NCBI GenBank assembly: GCA_035480235.1
Contig: DATIHX010000003.1
Location: 21,514-85,513, forward strand
Origin: Candidatus Saccharimonadales bacterium
GTDB taxonomy: Bacteria; Patescibacteriota; UBA1384; 2-12-FULL-50-11
Direction: 5' to 3'
Length of the DNA: 64,000 nucleotides
In this document: positions 17,805 through 25,401 of the stretch, piece after piece
Position numbering within the stretch: the stretch's first letter is position 1
How the letters are laid out: every line of letters begins with the position of its first letter
Notes under the pieces: generated by a model
Told to the model about the DNA's origin: nothing
Seen by the model: the letters and a program-made list of their open reading frames with translations, nothing else
Database searches by the model: none
Made by a program: the position numbers and the translations under genes

Positions 17805-18161
17805 TTAAGAACCCGGGATCAGTGAGGTACCGACGTAGCGCAGAATAACGTAGGCCACCAGAATAACGATAATACCGATGATGGCGTTAATAATGCCGGT
17901 CCGGGCCTTGGTGGCTTTCTCGGCGTCGCCGCCAGCAGTGATGTATTGGAAGCCAGCGATCAACAGATAAATAAAGGCCGTTAAAGCCGCGATGGTTAAG
18001 AGGATGCCGATAATTGTCCCCACTAGAGTGTTCAGGTTAGTAGTTTTGAGCGGATTCAAAAAGTTGAACTGATCGAGATTGAAGTTGCTGCCGTTGGAAT
18101 TAACCACACCGCCTGTACCAATCTGCGCGTGCGCTCTGCCAATAAAGTTGATGAGATTCAT
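17805..18161 (-). CDS. TrbC/VirB2-like (T4SS pilin family) small membrane protein, paralog a
   Basis: 118 aa with two TM helices flanking YITAGGDAEKATKARTGIINAIIG. SD GGAGGG lies upstream. Confidence 0.7.
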   Translation of the reverse strand: MNLINFIGRAHAQIGTGGVVNSNGSNFNLDQFNFLNPLKTTNLNTLVGTIIGILLTIAALTAFIYLLIAGFQYITAGGDAEKATKARTGIINAIIGIIVILVAYVILRYVGTSLIPGS

Positions 18162-18236
18162 TTAATTATTCCGCCCTCCAAATTTGATTACTTACTTATA
18201 TTGAAAACTATTAGGTTGTTCTGTCAAGCCCTATCG

Positions 18237-18788
18237 TCAATTCGGCAAGCTGGCGCCGCCCTGCAATATCGTGTTGACGATGCTAATGATGGTGTAGGCC
18301 AGTGCCGCTAAAACCAAACCAATAATTGCTTGGGTGATGACTTTTTTGGCTTGGGTGGCCTTGCTGTCGTCGCCGAAAGCAGTGATATAAATAAACGCGC
18401 CGTAGAGCAAGTAAAAGAAGGCCACAACGCTAACAATCAACGCCAAAAAGCTCGTATAGAAACTGATACCGGCGCCCAAACAACTAAAATCGGCGTTTTG
18501 AGCGGCGTCGGCGCTGCGCAAAAACGGCGGCAACAGGCCGTCGGCTTTAAAGACTTCGGCCGGGTTAAATTTGCCGTCGCAAGTAGCGGCCGTCCCGGCT
18601 GGGGTGGTGGAGGTTGAGTTGGTTGTCGCCGGCGCAGCTGGGGCTTTGGTCGAGCTATTACTAGATGTGCCCGACGAGCCGTTTAAAAGTGGGTTATCTT
18701 TAAGGGCGCCCAGATCGGCCCGAGCCGCCATCGGCAATGCTAAAAATACTATCACCGCCAAACTCACGATAAGGTCTTTAATCTTCAT
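18237..18788 (-). CDS. TrbC/VirB2-like pilin paralog b with a Ser/Thr-rich N-terminal extension
   Basis: Signal peptide, S/T/A-rich linker and Cys pair, then YITAFGDDSKATQAKKVITQAIIG between two TM helices. ATGA overlap with the upstream gene. Confidence 0.65.
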   Translation of the reverse strand: MKIKDLIVSLAVIVFLALPMAARADLGALKDNPLLNGSSGTSSNSSTKAPAAPATTNSTSTTPAGTAATCDGKFNPAEVFKADGLLPPFLRSADAAQNADFSCLGAGISFYTSFLALIVSVVAFFYLLYGAFIYITAFGDDSKATQAKKVITQAIIGLVLAALAYTIISIVNTILQGGASLPN

Positions 18789-19756
18789 GGGATAACAAAT
18801 TTTATTTCGAGCGTTGAGCCGTCGCTGCCCGTAAAGGTCACCGTCGCCGACTGGCCGGGCTTACCGCCGCCCAAATATTGGATATTGACGCCTTGCGGTT
18901 CACTGTAGTTATCGGCTGAGAAAATTAGCGTCGTGTCGCTGAGACGCAGGGCGAGACTGCCGGCGATACTAGCTCTTACGGTCACCGTGCCAGTTGGTTG
19001 GTTGTTGAGGGTGACGCCGTACGGGTGGTTGAAACTTTCAGCTCGGTTGGTAATGGTGACGGTGTCGCGGCTGGCGGTATTGTCGGGGTCGGCGATCGAC
19101 AAGCCGTATTTGGCGTCGGCTGGTGCCGTCGGGGCGGTGGTATCAGCTGAGGTGACCAGCGTGCCGTCACTTCGGTAACCGGTGAGCAAACCGTCGGAAT
19201 CGACGCAGCCTTGAGGCGTCTCGGAAACGCAAGGGTTATAGTAGCTACCGTCAGGATTTTGGGTGCCGATTTTTGGGTTGGTGGCTTTAGTATTGCCGTT
19301 GCCGGCTTGAGAACTAGCGCTAGTGCCGGAATTGGAAGTTGTGCCAGCCGTCGAAGCGACCTTCGTTACCCAACCGACGATCGCGTAGGACAAGAGGGCA
19401 ACCACCACCCCAATCAGCGTGTAAAGGATGCTTTTGCGGGCTTTTTCGGCTTTGGCGGCGTCGCCACCGGCGGTGATATACATCATCCCCGCCCAAATCA
19501 GGGCGATAAAAGCGGTTAAGGCTAGAGCGATAAAAATGTCTTTAATTATGGTGACAAAGAGTTGATCAAGCGCGATTGGGTTATTGGGCAGCGTCGGCAC
19601 CGGCTGAACGCCACTGGTCGGCGAGGGAGCTGAGTTGGTTGCCCCACTAACGCCGTTGACTACGCCGCTGCCGACATTGGCTTGGGCTAGAGCGGTCGTG
19701 GCTAGCGTCAGGGCGGCTACTAACGCCACGAAAGCCAGGGTGAGTTTCTTCATCAT
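18785..19756 (-). CDS. TrbC/VirB2-like pilin paralog c fused to a roughly 190-aa C-terminal extracellular domain
   Basis: Signal peptide, pilin core YITAGGDAAKAEKARKSILYTLIG, then an S/T-rich linker and a beta-rich domain (...TVTVRASIAGSLALRLSD...TVTFTGSDGSTLEIKFVIP). Confidence 0.65.
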   Translation of the reverse strand: MMKKLTLAFVALVAALTLATTALAQANVGSGVVNGVSGATNSAPSPTSGVQPVPTLPNNPIALDQLFVTIIKDIFIALALTAFIALIWAGMMYITAGGDAAKAEKARKSILYTLIGVVVALLSYAIVGWVTKVASTAGTTSNSGTSASSQAGNGNTKATNPKIGTQNPDGSYYNPCVSETPQGCVDSDGLLTGYRSDGTLVTSADTTAPTAPADAKYGLSIADPDNTASRDTVTITNRAESFNHPYGVTLNNQPTGTVTVRASIAGSLALRLSDTTLIFSADNYSEPQGVNIQYLGGGKPGQSATVTFTGSDGSTLEIKFVIP

Positions 19757-20079
19757 TGGATTTGAAAGAGCGGTAATAAAACTTTAACTAAAACCAGCAG
19801 CGCGAAACCGATCACCGCGCCGACGATGGTGTCTTTGGCGTCTTTAACTTTGCCGTCATCACCACCGGCCGAGAGGTACTTAAAAGCGCCCCACAACACC
19901 ATGAGGATGGCAAGAGCAAAGGCGATGTTGATGGCTTCGCCGAACAGGGCGACTAAATACGCCGAGAAAGAGCCAAAGCAATGAGTGCCGTGAAGTGCTA
20001 GGCCAACGTAAAACTGTTTATCGGTACAACCAGTTGCGGTGTTTTGAGCGAAGACGGTTGGCACTAATAATTGCCACAT
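19753..20079 (-). CDS. TrbC/VirB2-like pilin paralog d
   Basis: 108 aa. YLSAGGDDGKVKDAKDTIVGAVIG between two hydrophobic helices. Start and stop are coupled to both neighbours. Confidence 0.65.
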   Translation of the reverse strand: MWQLLVPTVFAQNTATGCTDKQFYVGLALHGTHCFGSFSAYLVALFGEAINIAFALAILMVLWGAFKYLSAGGDDGKVKDAKDTIVGAVIGFALLVLVKVLLPLFQIQ

Positions 20080-21449
20080 TACTGACCGCTTAAAAATTGG
20101 GTTTTGAAACGGGCAGCAGCGCTGTCCACGGCGGTTTGAGCCGACTGGCCAGAGTTAATCACTAAATTGATCGTATCTTGTAACACTTGGCTAGTGAACT
20201 GCCATTCCGGGTTGGTAAGCTGTTGAACGGTCGCCAACTCCGGGTAGAAGACTTGATTCTTGGCGATAGCGGCTTGAGCGAGGCTGGTACCGAGCTCGGT
20301 GGTGCCTCGGCTAGCTGCCACGGTCAGCCGACCGGTTTGGTTAATGTAGTCGGCCTGGACATCGATGCCCATCAGAAAACCTAAGTAGTTCCAGGCTAAA
20401 CTGGGGCGCGGACTATTTTTTGCCACCAGGTGGCTCCAGGTTACCCCGTAATCGACGCGGTCGATGCCGGGCGTCACCTTCGGCTGAACTAACGGCGCCA
20501 CCCCGATGGTGAAACTGGGGTTTTTATTGACTATTTGCTGGAGAGTTGAGGAATATCCGATCAAGGCGTCGGTTTTTTGGTTCAAGAAAGCGGTCACGGG
20601 GTCGCCGAGGTTAGTTGTCCAAGAAAAGTTCGAGGCGCCGGGCGTGGCGAAGCTGGTGTAAAAACTCAGCGCCTCGATGGCCGGCAGGCTGGTAAGGCCG
20701 GCGTTAACCTTCGGCAAATTAAAGGCAACGCTCTGGTTATCGCTGCTTAAAATGCTAGTAACGCCGTTTTGGACCAGAAAGGCGCCGAGCACATCGCTCG
20801 GGTTAGCGGTATTGGCGGTCGTCCCCAGCGCCAGCGCTGAACGGCTAACAATGCCGTTTTTACTCTGGCTGAAAATAGCGATTTGGTTTTTCAAATCGTC
20901 CCAAGTGGTCGGGAATTTTTGCGACAAAGCCAGCTGGGCGCCACTGAGGCTACTTTGCCACTCGGCTAGGAGGGTTGTGTTGTAGATGATCGCCAGATCG
21001 TCACCGAAGAGCGGCACGCCGTAGAGTTGTTTGTTGAAGGTATTTAAATCGACGACGGCCGGGATGATGGTTTGTTTGGCGGCCTTAACCGCGTCGGTTT
21101 GGCCGGTGACGATGGCCGGCTGGCTTTTGTCGGCGTGCTTGGGCAACCAGTCGCTGCGCACCAACCAGATGTCCGGACCCGTGCCGTTAGCAATCGCGTT
21201 GACCACTTGGGCTTCGTAATCTTTGGCGTCGGTCGCTTGAACGTATTTAAAATCGAGCGTCACCGTTGGGTTAGCGGCCAGCCAGGCTTGGCTAATTTTT
21301 TGGTAAACCTGGCCCTCGTCGAACGGCGACCAAATAGTGAGGGTTGCCTTGGTTGGCGCTACGGTTTTATTGCGACCCAGCAGCAGCACAACCGCCACTA
21401 TAATAATCACCACGCCTGCACCAATACCAATCCAAACCCCTCGCTTCAT
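20079..21449 (-). CDS. Extracellular solute-binding protein (ABC sugar-binding family 1-like), N-terminal TM anchor
   Basis: 456 aa. KATLTIWSPFDEGQVY...GTGPDIWLVRSDWLPK pattern. First gene of the pilin operon. No permease or ATPase genes are adjacent. Confidence 0.7.
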   Translation of the reverse strand: MKRGVWIGIGAGVVIIIVAVVLLLGRNKTVAPTKATLTIWSPFDEGQVYQKISQAWLAANPTVTLDFKYVQATDAKDYEAQVVNAIANGTGPDIWLVRSDWLPKHADKSQPAIVTGQTDAVKAAKQTIIPAVVDLNTFNKQLYGVPLFGDDLAIIYNTTLLAEWQSSLSGAQLALSQKFPTTWDDLKNQIAIFSQSKNGIVSRSALALGTTANTANPSDVLGAFLVQNGVTSILSSDNQSVAFNLPKVNAGLTSLPAIEALSFYTSFATPGASNFSWTTNLGDPVTAFLNQKTDALIGYSSTLQQIVNKNPSFTIGVAPLVQPKVTPGIDRVDYGVTWSHLVAKNSPRPSLAWNYLGFLMGIDVQADYINQTGRLTVAASRGTTELGTSLAQAAIAKNQVFYPELATVQQLTNPEWQFTSQVLQDTINLVINSGQSAQTAVDSAAARFKTQFLSGQ

Positions 21450-21546
21450 GTAAGAATAGCGTCTCGCACTTTGGCTTTTACTTCAAGCCTCTTGATCTTA
21501 GAAGGCCGCTCGCGTACACTTCAGATAACAAAAGGAGTACCTTATC

Positions 21547-21894
21547 ATGATTGATATTGAGGTTCTGCGTCAGCAGATTGCAGAAGAGACTGTGGCACTC
21601 ACCACTAAAAAGGAGTTGCTCTCGACCAGAATCTTGCGTCAGATTCCGCCGCGGTTGCAGCCGCTTTTCCGAAATCATCCGAGTATCTTGAACGACCTGC
21701 TCGTCCATGGCTCCGGTAGTAGCTTTATCGGGATACAGACCCGCCAAAAGTGCGGCTATAAAACTTTTGATGGCCTATACCGAGCCGTTAAGAAGATGGT
21801 GCCAACCGTCTTCGGTGCCAAGGCTAAAGTACTTGGCCACCAGTGGCTAACAGGAAAAGATCGGATGTACTTGGCGATTTCGGTGGAGGAATAG
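21547..21894 (+). CDS. Hypothetical protein
   Basis: ATG preceded by AAAAGGAG and followed by a strong terminator. No family recognised. Confidence 0.55.
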   Translation: MIDIEVLRQQIAEETVALTTKKELLSTRILRQIPPRLQPLFRNHPSILNDLLVHGSGSSFIGIQTRQKCGYKTFDGLYRAVKKMVPTVFGAKAKVLGHQWLTGKDRMYLAISVEE

Positions 21895-21926
21895 TGGCAA
21901 CGCCGGCGTTTTCGAAGTAACAATCC

Positions 21927-21954
21927 GCCGCCAAGGTTTCTTGGCGGCTTTTTT
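21927..21954. terminator. Bidirectional rho-independent terminator between convergent genes
   Basis: GCCGCCAAG (21927..21935), GTTT loop, CTTGGCGGC (21940..21948), then TTTTTT. Lies between 21547..21894 (+) and hsp20 (-). Confidence 0.8.
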
Positions 21955-21955
21955 C

Positions 21956-22336
21956 TTACTCCACCGCCACTTTCAAAACGCGGGTTTTGGTTTTTTCTTG
22001 CTTCGGAATCCGGATCGTGAGGATGCCGTTACGCAAAGAGGCGTCGGCTTTAGCGGCGTCAACCGAGACTGGCAAAATATAGCTGCGCATAAACGAGCCC
22101 CAGTAACACTCTTGCACAAAGTAGCCGGAGCGATCCATTTCGGCTTCGTTGCGACGGGTGCCTTTCACGGTGACGACTTCGTCGGTAATGGAAATCTCTA
22201 AGTCTTCCACGCTCACCCCGGCGATCGGGGCCTTAATAATGACGTTCTCGTCGTCTTGGTAGGCATCGATGGCCAACTGGCCTTCTTCTTCCTCGTCCAA
22301 CCACTCTTGTGTTTGTAGCTCTTCTTTTTTCGCCAT
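21956..22336 (-). CDS. Hsp20/alpha-crystallin small heat-shock protein
   Basis: 126 aa. ...VIIKAPIAGVSVEDLEISITDEVVTVKGTR...ASLRNGILTIRIPK. Confidence 0.85.
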   Translation of the reverse strand: MAKKEELQTQEWLDEEEEGQLAIDAYQDDENVIIKAPIAGVSVEDLEISITDEVVTVKGTRRNEAEMDRSGYFVQECYWGSFMRSYILPVSVDAAKADASLRNGILTIRIPKQEKTKTRVLKVAVE

Positions 22337-22348
22337 AGTGGTTCTATT

Positions 22349-23071
22349 ATGAGCCTCGGATTAAAAGCCGTCAATGTAATGTTGCAAACTCTTACTAAAC
22401 TATTGTTTCCGGCCCAGTGCGCCGGCTGCCGCCTTGAAGGCGATTGGCTCTGCGCTAGTTGCCGAGCGGGGTTGAATGCCACGCCCGCCGAGCGCTGCCG
22501 GGTTTGTGGCAAGGGCCAATTTGGGGGAACCGGTTTGTGCGCGGCTTGCCGAACCAGTACTGGTTTGGAAGGCATTGTTTCGCTGTTTGAGTATCACGAA
22601 CCGGCCGTCGCCCGCTTGATCAAGAACGCTAAGTACCAAAACCAGGCCGACGCTTTGCGGTTTTTCACTGAGACTTACCGGACAAAATTAATGCGAGCGC
22701 TGCCCGATGAAAATTGGGTTTTTAGTTTTGCGCCCTTGAGTCGCGCCCGCTTCGCCGAACGCGGTTTTAACCAGGCCGAGCTGATCGCCCGGATCGTCGC
22801 CGGTAAAGATTTTCCGGTTCGAAGTTTATTCAAAAAAGTTACCGCCACCAGTCATCAGGCTGATTTAGACGGCCAAGAGCGGCGGGCCAACCTCAAAAAA
22901 GCTTTTGTTCTTACTTCAACCCCGCCCTTCGACCAAGCTCAGGGTAAACCAGCGAAATTGGTCATCTGTGACGACGTCATTACCACCGGAACAACTCTTG
23001 GGCGCTTAGCTAAACTGGCTAAGAAAAAAGGCGCCGCAGAAGTTTGGGGAGTCACACTAGCGCACAGCTAA
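22349..23071 (+). CDS. comF: ComF-family phosphoribosyltransferase-like competence protein
   Basis: N-terminal CxxC...CxxC zinc motifs (CAGC, CASC, CRVC, CAAC). C-terminal PRT motif LVICDDVITTGTT. Confidence 0.8.
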   Translation: MSLGLKAVNVMLQTLTKLLFPAQCAGCRLEGDWLCASCRAGLNATPAERCRVCGKGQFGGTGLCAACRTSTGLEGIVSLFEYHEPAVARLIKNAKYQNQADALRFFTETYRTKLMRALPDENWVFSFAPLSRARFAERGFNQAELIARIVAGKDFPVRSLFKKVTATSHQADLDGQERRANLKKAFVLTSTPPFDQAQGKPAKLVICDDVITTGTTLGRLAKLAKKKGAAEVWGVTLAHS

Positions 23072-23124
23072 ACCCTTCAATTTATTGCCAAATAAAGGTA
23101 GAATTGTTGGGTATTGCGTGCTTG

Positions 23125-23207
23125 GGAGGGTTGGCAGAATGGTTAATGCACCAGTCTTGAAAACTGGCGGGCGAAAGCCCTTGTAGGTTCGAGCCCTACA
23201 CCCTCCG
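23125..23207 (+). tRNA. tRNA-Ser (anticodon TGA)
   Basis: GGAGGGT...CCAGT-CTTGAAA-ACTGG...variable arm GGGC-GAAA-GCCC...GTAGGTTCGAGCCCTAC...ACCCTCC-G. Confidence 0.85.
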
Positions 23208-23220
23208 CAATTATTAATAG

Positions 23221-23249
23221 TTGACACGGTTGCCCCTACCGTCAATAAT
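23221..23249 (+). promoter_or_regulatory. Sigma-70-type promoter (TTGACA, 17-nt spacer, AATAAT), probably giving a leaderless transcript
   Basis: TTGACA at 23221..23226, -10 at 23244..23249. The ATG at 23256 follows 6 nt later with no SD. Confidence 0.55.
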
Positions 23250-23255
23250 TAAGTT

Positions 23256-23624
23256 ATGAGGACAACCCAAAGAAAGGGAGATATCGCAGTCTCTCAAGCA
23301 ATTGCCACATTCACAAAGTTGGGTCACGATGTTTCACTCCCTATGACTGAATCGGCCGCCTATGATCTTATTGTGGATGTTGGAGGAAAGCTTCAACGAC
23401 TTCAAGTGAGATATACTAGCGCGAACGAGGTTGACCTAAGGAGGGTTCATTCTAACTCTAAAGGTTACGTTGTTAAGAAAACTAAGCCTCAAGCCTATGA
23501 TTGGCTCTACATCCTAAAGAATACTGGGGAGGAATATTTAATCACCAGCTGCCTAATAGGTCGGCGATCAATTGTTCCCAACCCTATAAATCTACTAAAT
23601 AAAGAGGTAAAATTAGTCAGTTAG
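23256..23624 (+). CDS. Small PD-(D/E)XK endonuclease-like protein (group-I-intron-associated endonuclease family-like)
   Basis: 122 aa. RKGDIAVSQAIATFTKLGHDVSLPM...YDLIVD...RLQVRY pattern matches my recollection of this family. The last motif has R where K is usual. Confidence 0.55.
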   Translation: MRTTQRKGDIAVSQAIATFTKLGHDVSLPMTESAAYDLIVDVGGKLQRLQVRYTSANEVDLRRVHSNSKGYVVKKTKPQAYDWLYILKNTGEEYLITSCLIGRRSIVPNPINLLNKEVKLVS

Positions 23625-23627
23625 TGC

Positions 23628-23700
23628 GCGCCCGTAGCTCAGCGGATAGAGCGTTCGGTTGCGGTCCGAAAGGTCGCTGGTTCGATTCCAGCCGGGCGCA
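23628..23700 (+). tRNA. tRNA-Arg (anticodon GCG)
   Basis: GCGCCCG-TA-GCTCAGCGGATAGAGC-G-TTCGG-TTGCGGT-CCGAA...GCTGGTTCGATTCCAGC-CGGGCGC-A. Confidence 0.85.
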
Positions 23701-23722
23701 CGAAGTGGTTTGATTTTTATTA

Positions 23723-23814
23723 GCGCCCGTAGCTCAGTGGATCAAATCAGGTTTTTGTCCCCTGCGCCACTGGCACTCAGCCAGTTATTGTTTGCCTACG
23801 CTAGTGTAGGCCTC
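23723..23814 (+). pseudogene. Truncated tRNA-Arg 5' copy (23 nt) plus a unique tail
   Basis: Starts GCGCCCGTAGCTCAGTGGATCAA, then hairpin GGA(T)CAAA-TCAGGTT-TTTGTCC. No T-arm or 3' acceptor strand. Further hairpins: ACTGGC/GCCAGT and CCTAC/GTAGG. Confidence 0.5.
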
Positions 23815-23896
23815 GCGCCCGTAGCTCAGTGGATCAAGTTGGTAATCCTTGTCCCCTTCGCTCCGTTCGCTGCATTGTTCGCTTCGCTCACAATTT
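23815..23896 (+). pseudogene. Truncated tRNA-Arg 5' copy (23 nt) plus a unique tail
   Basis: Starts GCGCCCGTAGCTCAGTGGATCAA, then hairpin GGA(T)CAAG-TTGGTAATC-CTTGTCC, which carries a compensatory change relative to the previous copy. The tail contains four TTCGCT motifs. Confidence 0.5.
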
Positions 23897-23969
23897 GCGC
23901 CCGTAGCTCAGTGGATAGAGTATTGGTTTCCGGAACCAAGGGTCGGTGGTTCGAGTCCACCCGGGCGCA
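23897..23969 (+). tRNA. tRNA-Arg (anticodon CCG)
   Basis: GCGCCCG-TA-GCTCAGTGGATAGAGT-A-TTGGT-TTCCGGA-ACCAA...GGTGGTTCGAGTCCACC-CGGGCGC-A. Confidence 0.9.
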
Positions 23970-24125
23970 CAAAAAGAGAATCTCTAACCTGATCCCATTT
24001 CGCGAAGCAATAGCGGAGCGAATGTAAATGTAAAATACATTTCTCATGTGAGAGGGCCCGTAGAGTTAGTTTTCCTAAACGTCGTTATCGGCGCAAATAA
24101 CATAGCGTGCGCGCAACAAAATTTG

Positions 24126-24156
24126 ACAAAAAAGAAGTCCCGCTGGAAGCGGGACT
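24126..24156 (-). terminator. Rho-independent terminator of the small minus-strand gene
   Basis: AGTCCCGC (24136..24143) pairs with GCGGGACT (24149..24156). On the minus strand it is followed by CTTCTTTTTTGT. Confidence 0.7.
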
Positions 24157-24177
24157 CTGCGAGCGATCGGATACGGG

Positions 24178-24411
24178 CTAAGTTTCGGGGTTGGACTTCA
24201 GCAAACCAAAGATCGATTCATAGCCTTCTTTGATCAGAATGGCGCGGATCTGGTCCCTGACCTCTGGGTTTTGGGTGGCCTGTCGTAGCTCCTCTTTCGC
24301 TTCAGGTGTTAGTCCGCATCCGGATTCGTACGCAACGATAATCGCCAACACCCACTCCTCGGCCGTTAATGATTCCGGGTCAACCGGTCCATCACTGGAC
24401 ATTTTGTTCAC
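24178..24411 (-). CDS. Hypothetical small acidic protein (77 aa)
   Basis: The ORF has a terminator immediately downstream. No family recognised. Confidence 0.45.
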   Translation of the reverse strand: MNKMSSDGPVDPESLTAEEWVLAIIVAYESGCGLTPEAKEELRQATQNPEVRDQIRAILIKEGYESIFGLLKSNPET

Positions 24412-24636
24412 CTACCTTGTGAAGATCACTCACACACGATAACAGAGATCGTTTGCACATTCAATGGGCTGGGTAGTAGTCAGGCTTCTCGCAAAGTTGC
24501 TGGATCGACACTGCGGCGTTTCGTCCGCCGAATTTCGGCCTCCATGAGCTGAACCCGTTCTTCATCACCCAGTTTCGCGAACGAAACGTTTCCGTCGCGT
24601 AACAGAGTGCGGATGTGGTCAACCCACGTGCACGAA

Positions 24637-25401
24637 TTAGCCGTTTTTCTTCGATCGAACGGTGACGGCCGCAGTGGCCGCTTTCGACTTGAAGGTCTTA
24701 GCCACGTAAACCTGTTGGGCGAGCGAGAAGAGGCTAGTCATCAGGTAGTAGAGGGCGATACCGGCTGGCAAGGCCCGAACAAAGAAAAAGATCATCACCG
24801 GAAAGAGATACATCATCTGCTTGTTCATCGCGGCCATCGGATCGCCAGCCGCACCGGTGGTTGGATTTAACTGCTGGATATGACGAGTTTGGAAGAATTG
24901 GGCGACCGCTGCGACGGCTGGCAGAATCCAAAAACGATCAGGCTTAAAGAGGTTAATACCGAGGAAAACTGGGTTAACCGGCAACACGTGCGGCGTGAAA
25001 TGGTAGAGCAATTCAGCCGGAAAAGCTTGTTTGGTAATCACAAAGAACAGGTGGTAGAGAATCACCAAAATCGGTAATTGAATGAGGAGCGGCAGGCAGC
25101 CGGAGAGCGGATTGACGCCGTTTTCCTTGTAAAAGGCCATTTGGGCCTGGGCTTGAGCCTGTTTGTCGTCCTTGTATTTCTCCTGGATTTTTTTCAATTC
25201 CGGCGCGTGCTGGCGCAGTTGCAACGGCGCCTGTAAGGCTTTAACGGAAGTGTGCCAGAGTAGCAACCGAACAATTAGGGTGACGCCGATAATCCCCCAG
25301 CCGATTGAATGACCTGGAATTAACCAGGCAAAAAAGATCAATAAGTTGAATAAGGGCTTGTAAAGAATGACCTTAAAGAAAGCTTTGATGGCGGTCCACA
25401 T
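24637..25401 (-). CDS. yidC: Membrane protein insertase YidC (short form)
   Basis: 254 aa. ...LQAPLQLRQHAPELKKIQEKYKDDKQAQAQAQMAFYKENGVNPLSGCLPLLIQLPI... Synteny with yidD, rnpA and rpmH. Confidence 0.9.
   Translation of the reverse strand: MWTAIKAFFKVILYKPLFNLLIFFAWLIPGHSIGWGIIGVTLIVRLLLWHTSVKALQAPLQLRQHAPELKKIQEKYKDDKQAQAQAQMAFYKENGVNPLSGCLPLLIQLPILVILYHLFFVITKQAFPAELLYHFTPHVLPVNPVFLGINLFKPDRFWILPAVAAVAQFFQTRHIQQLNPTTGAAGDPMAAMNKQMMYLFPVMIFFFVRALPAGIALYYLMTSLFSLAQQVYVAKTFKSKAATAAVTVRSKKNG

Noticed and set aside
22337-22348. The 12-nt gap between the divergent hsp20 and comF start codons as a special regulatory site.
   Set aside because: This is probably just compact divergent genes whose promoters lie inside each other's coding regions. 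The comF start may also be the downstream ATG at 22379. No motif is visible.
23628-23969. Possible CRISPR-like array: a 20-23-nt repeat with spacings of 95, 92 and 82 nt.
   Set aside because: The repeat is the 5' end of tRNA-Arg itself, and two of the units are complete tRNAs. There are only four units. The spacers (60-70 nt) are too long and unequal. No cas genes are in the window.
23659-24047. ORFs 23659..24027 (+) and 23826..24047 (-), plus 23057..23245 (-), 15934..16209 (-), 15956..16381 (+) and 15972..16181 (-).
   Set aside because: They run through tRNA genes or tRNA-derived fragments. Their apparent length is a by-product of stop-free structured RNA sequence.
24412-24636. Possible small minus-strand gene downstream of yidC. 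One frame reads ...VDHIRTLLRDGNVSFAKLGDEERVQLMEAEIRRTKRRSVDPATLREA*.
   Set aside because: The protein-like frame has no ATG, GTG or TTG until very near its end, and no SD. It could be a gene remnant, but it cannot be supported as a feature.
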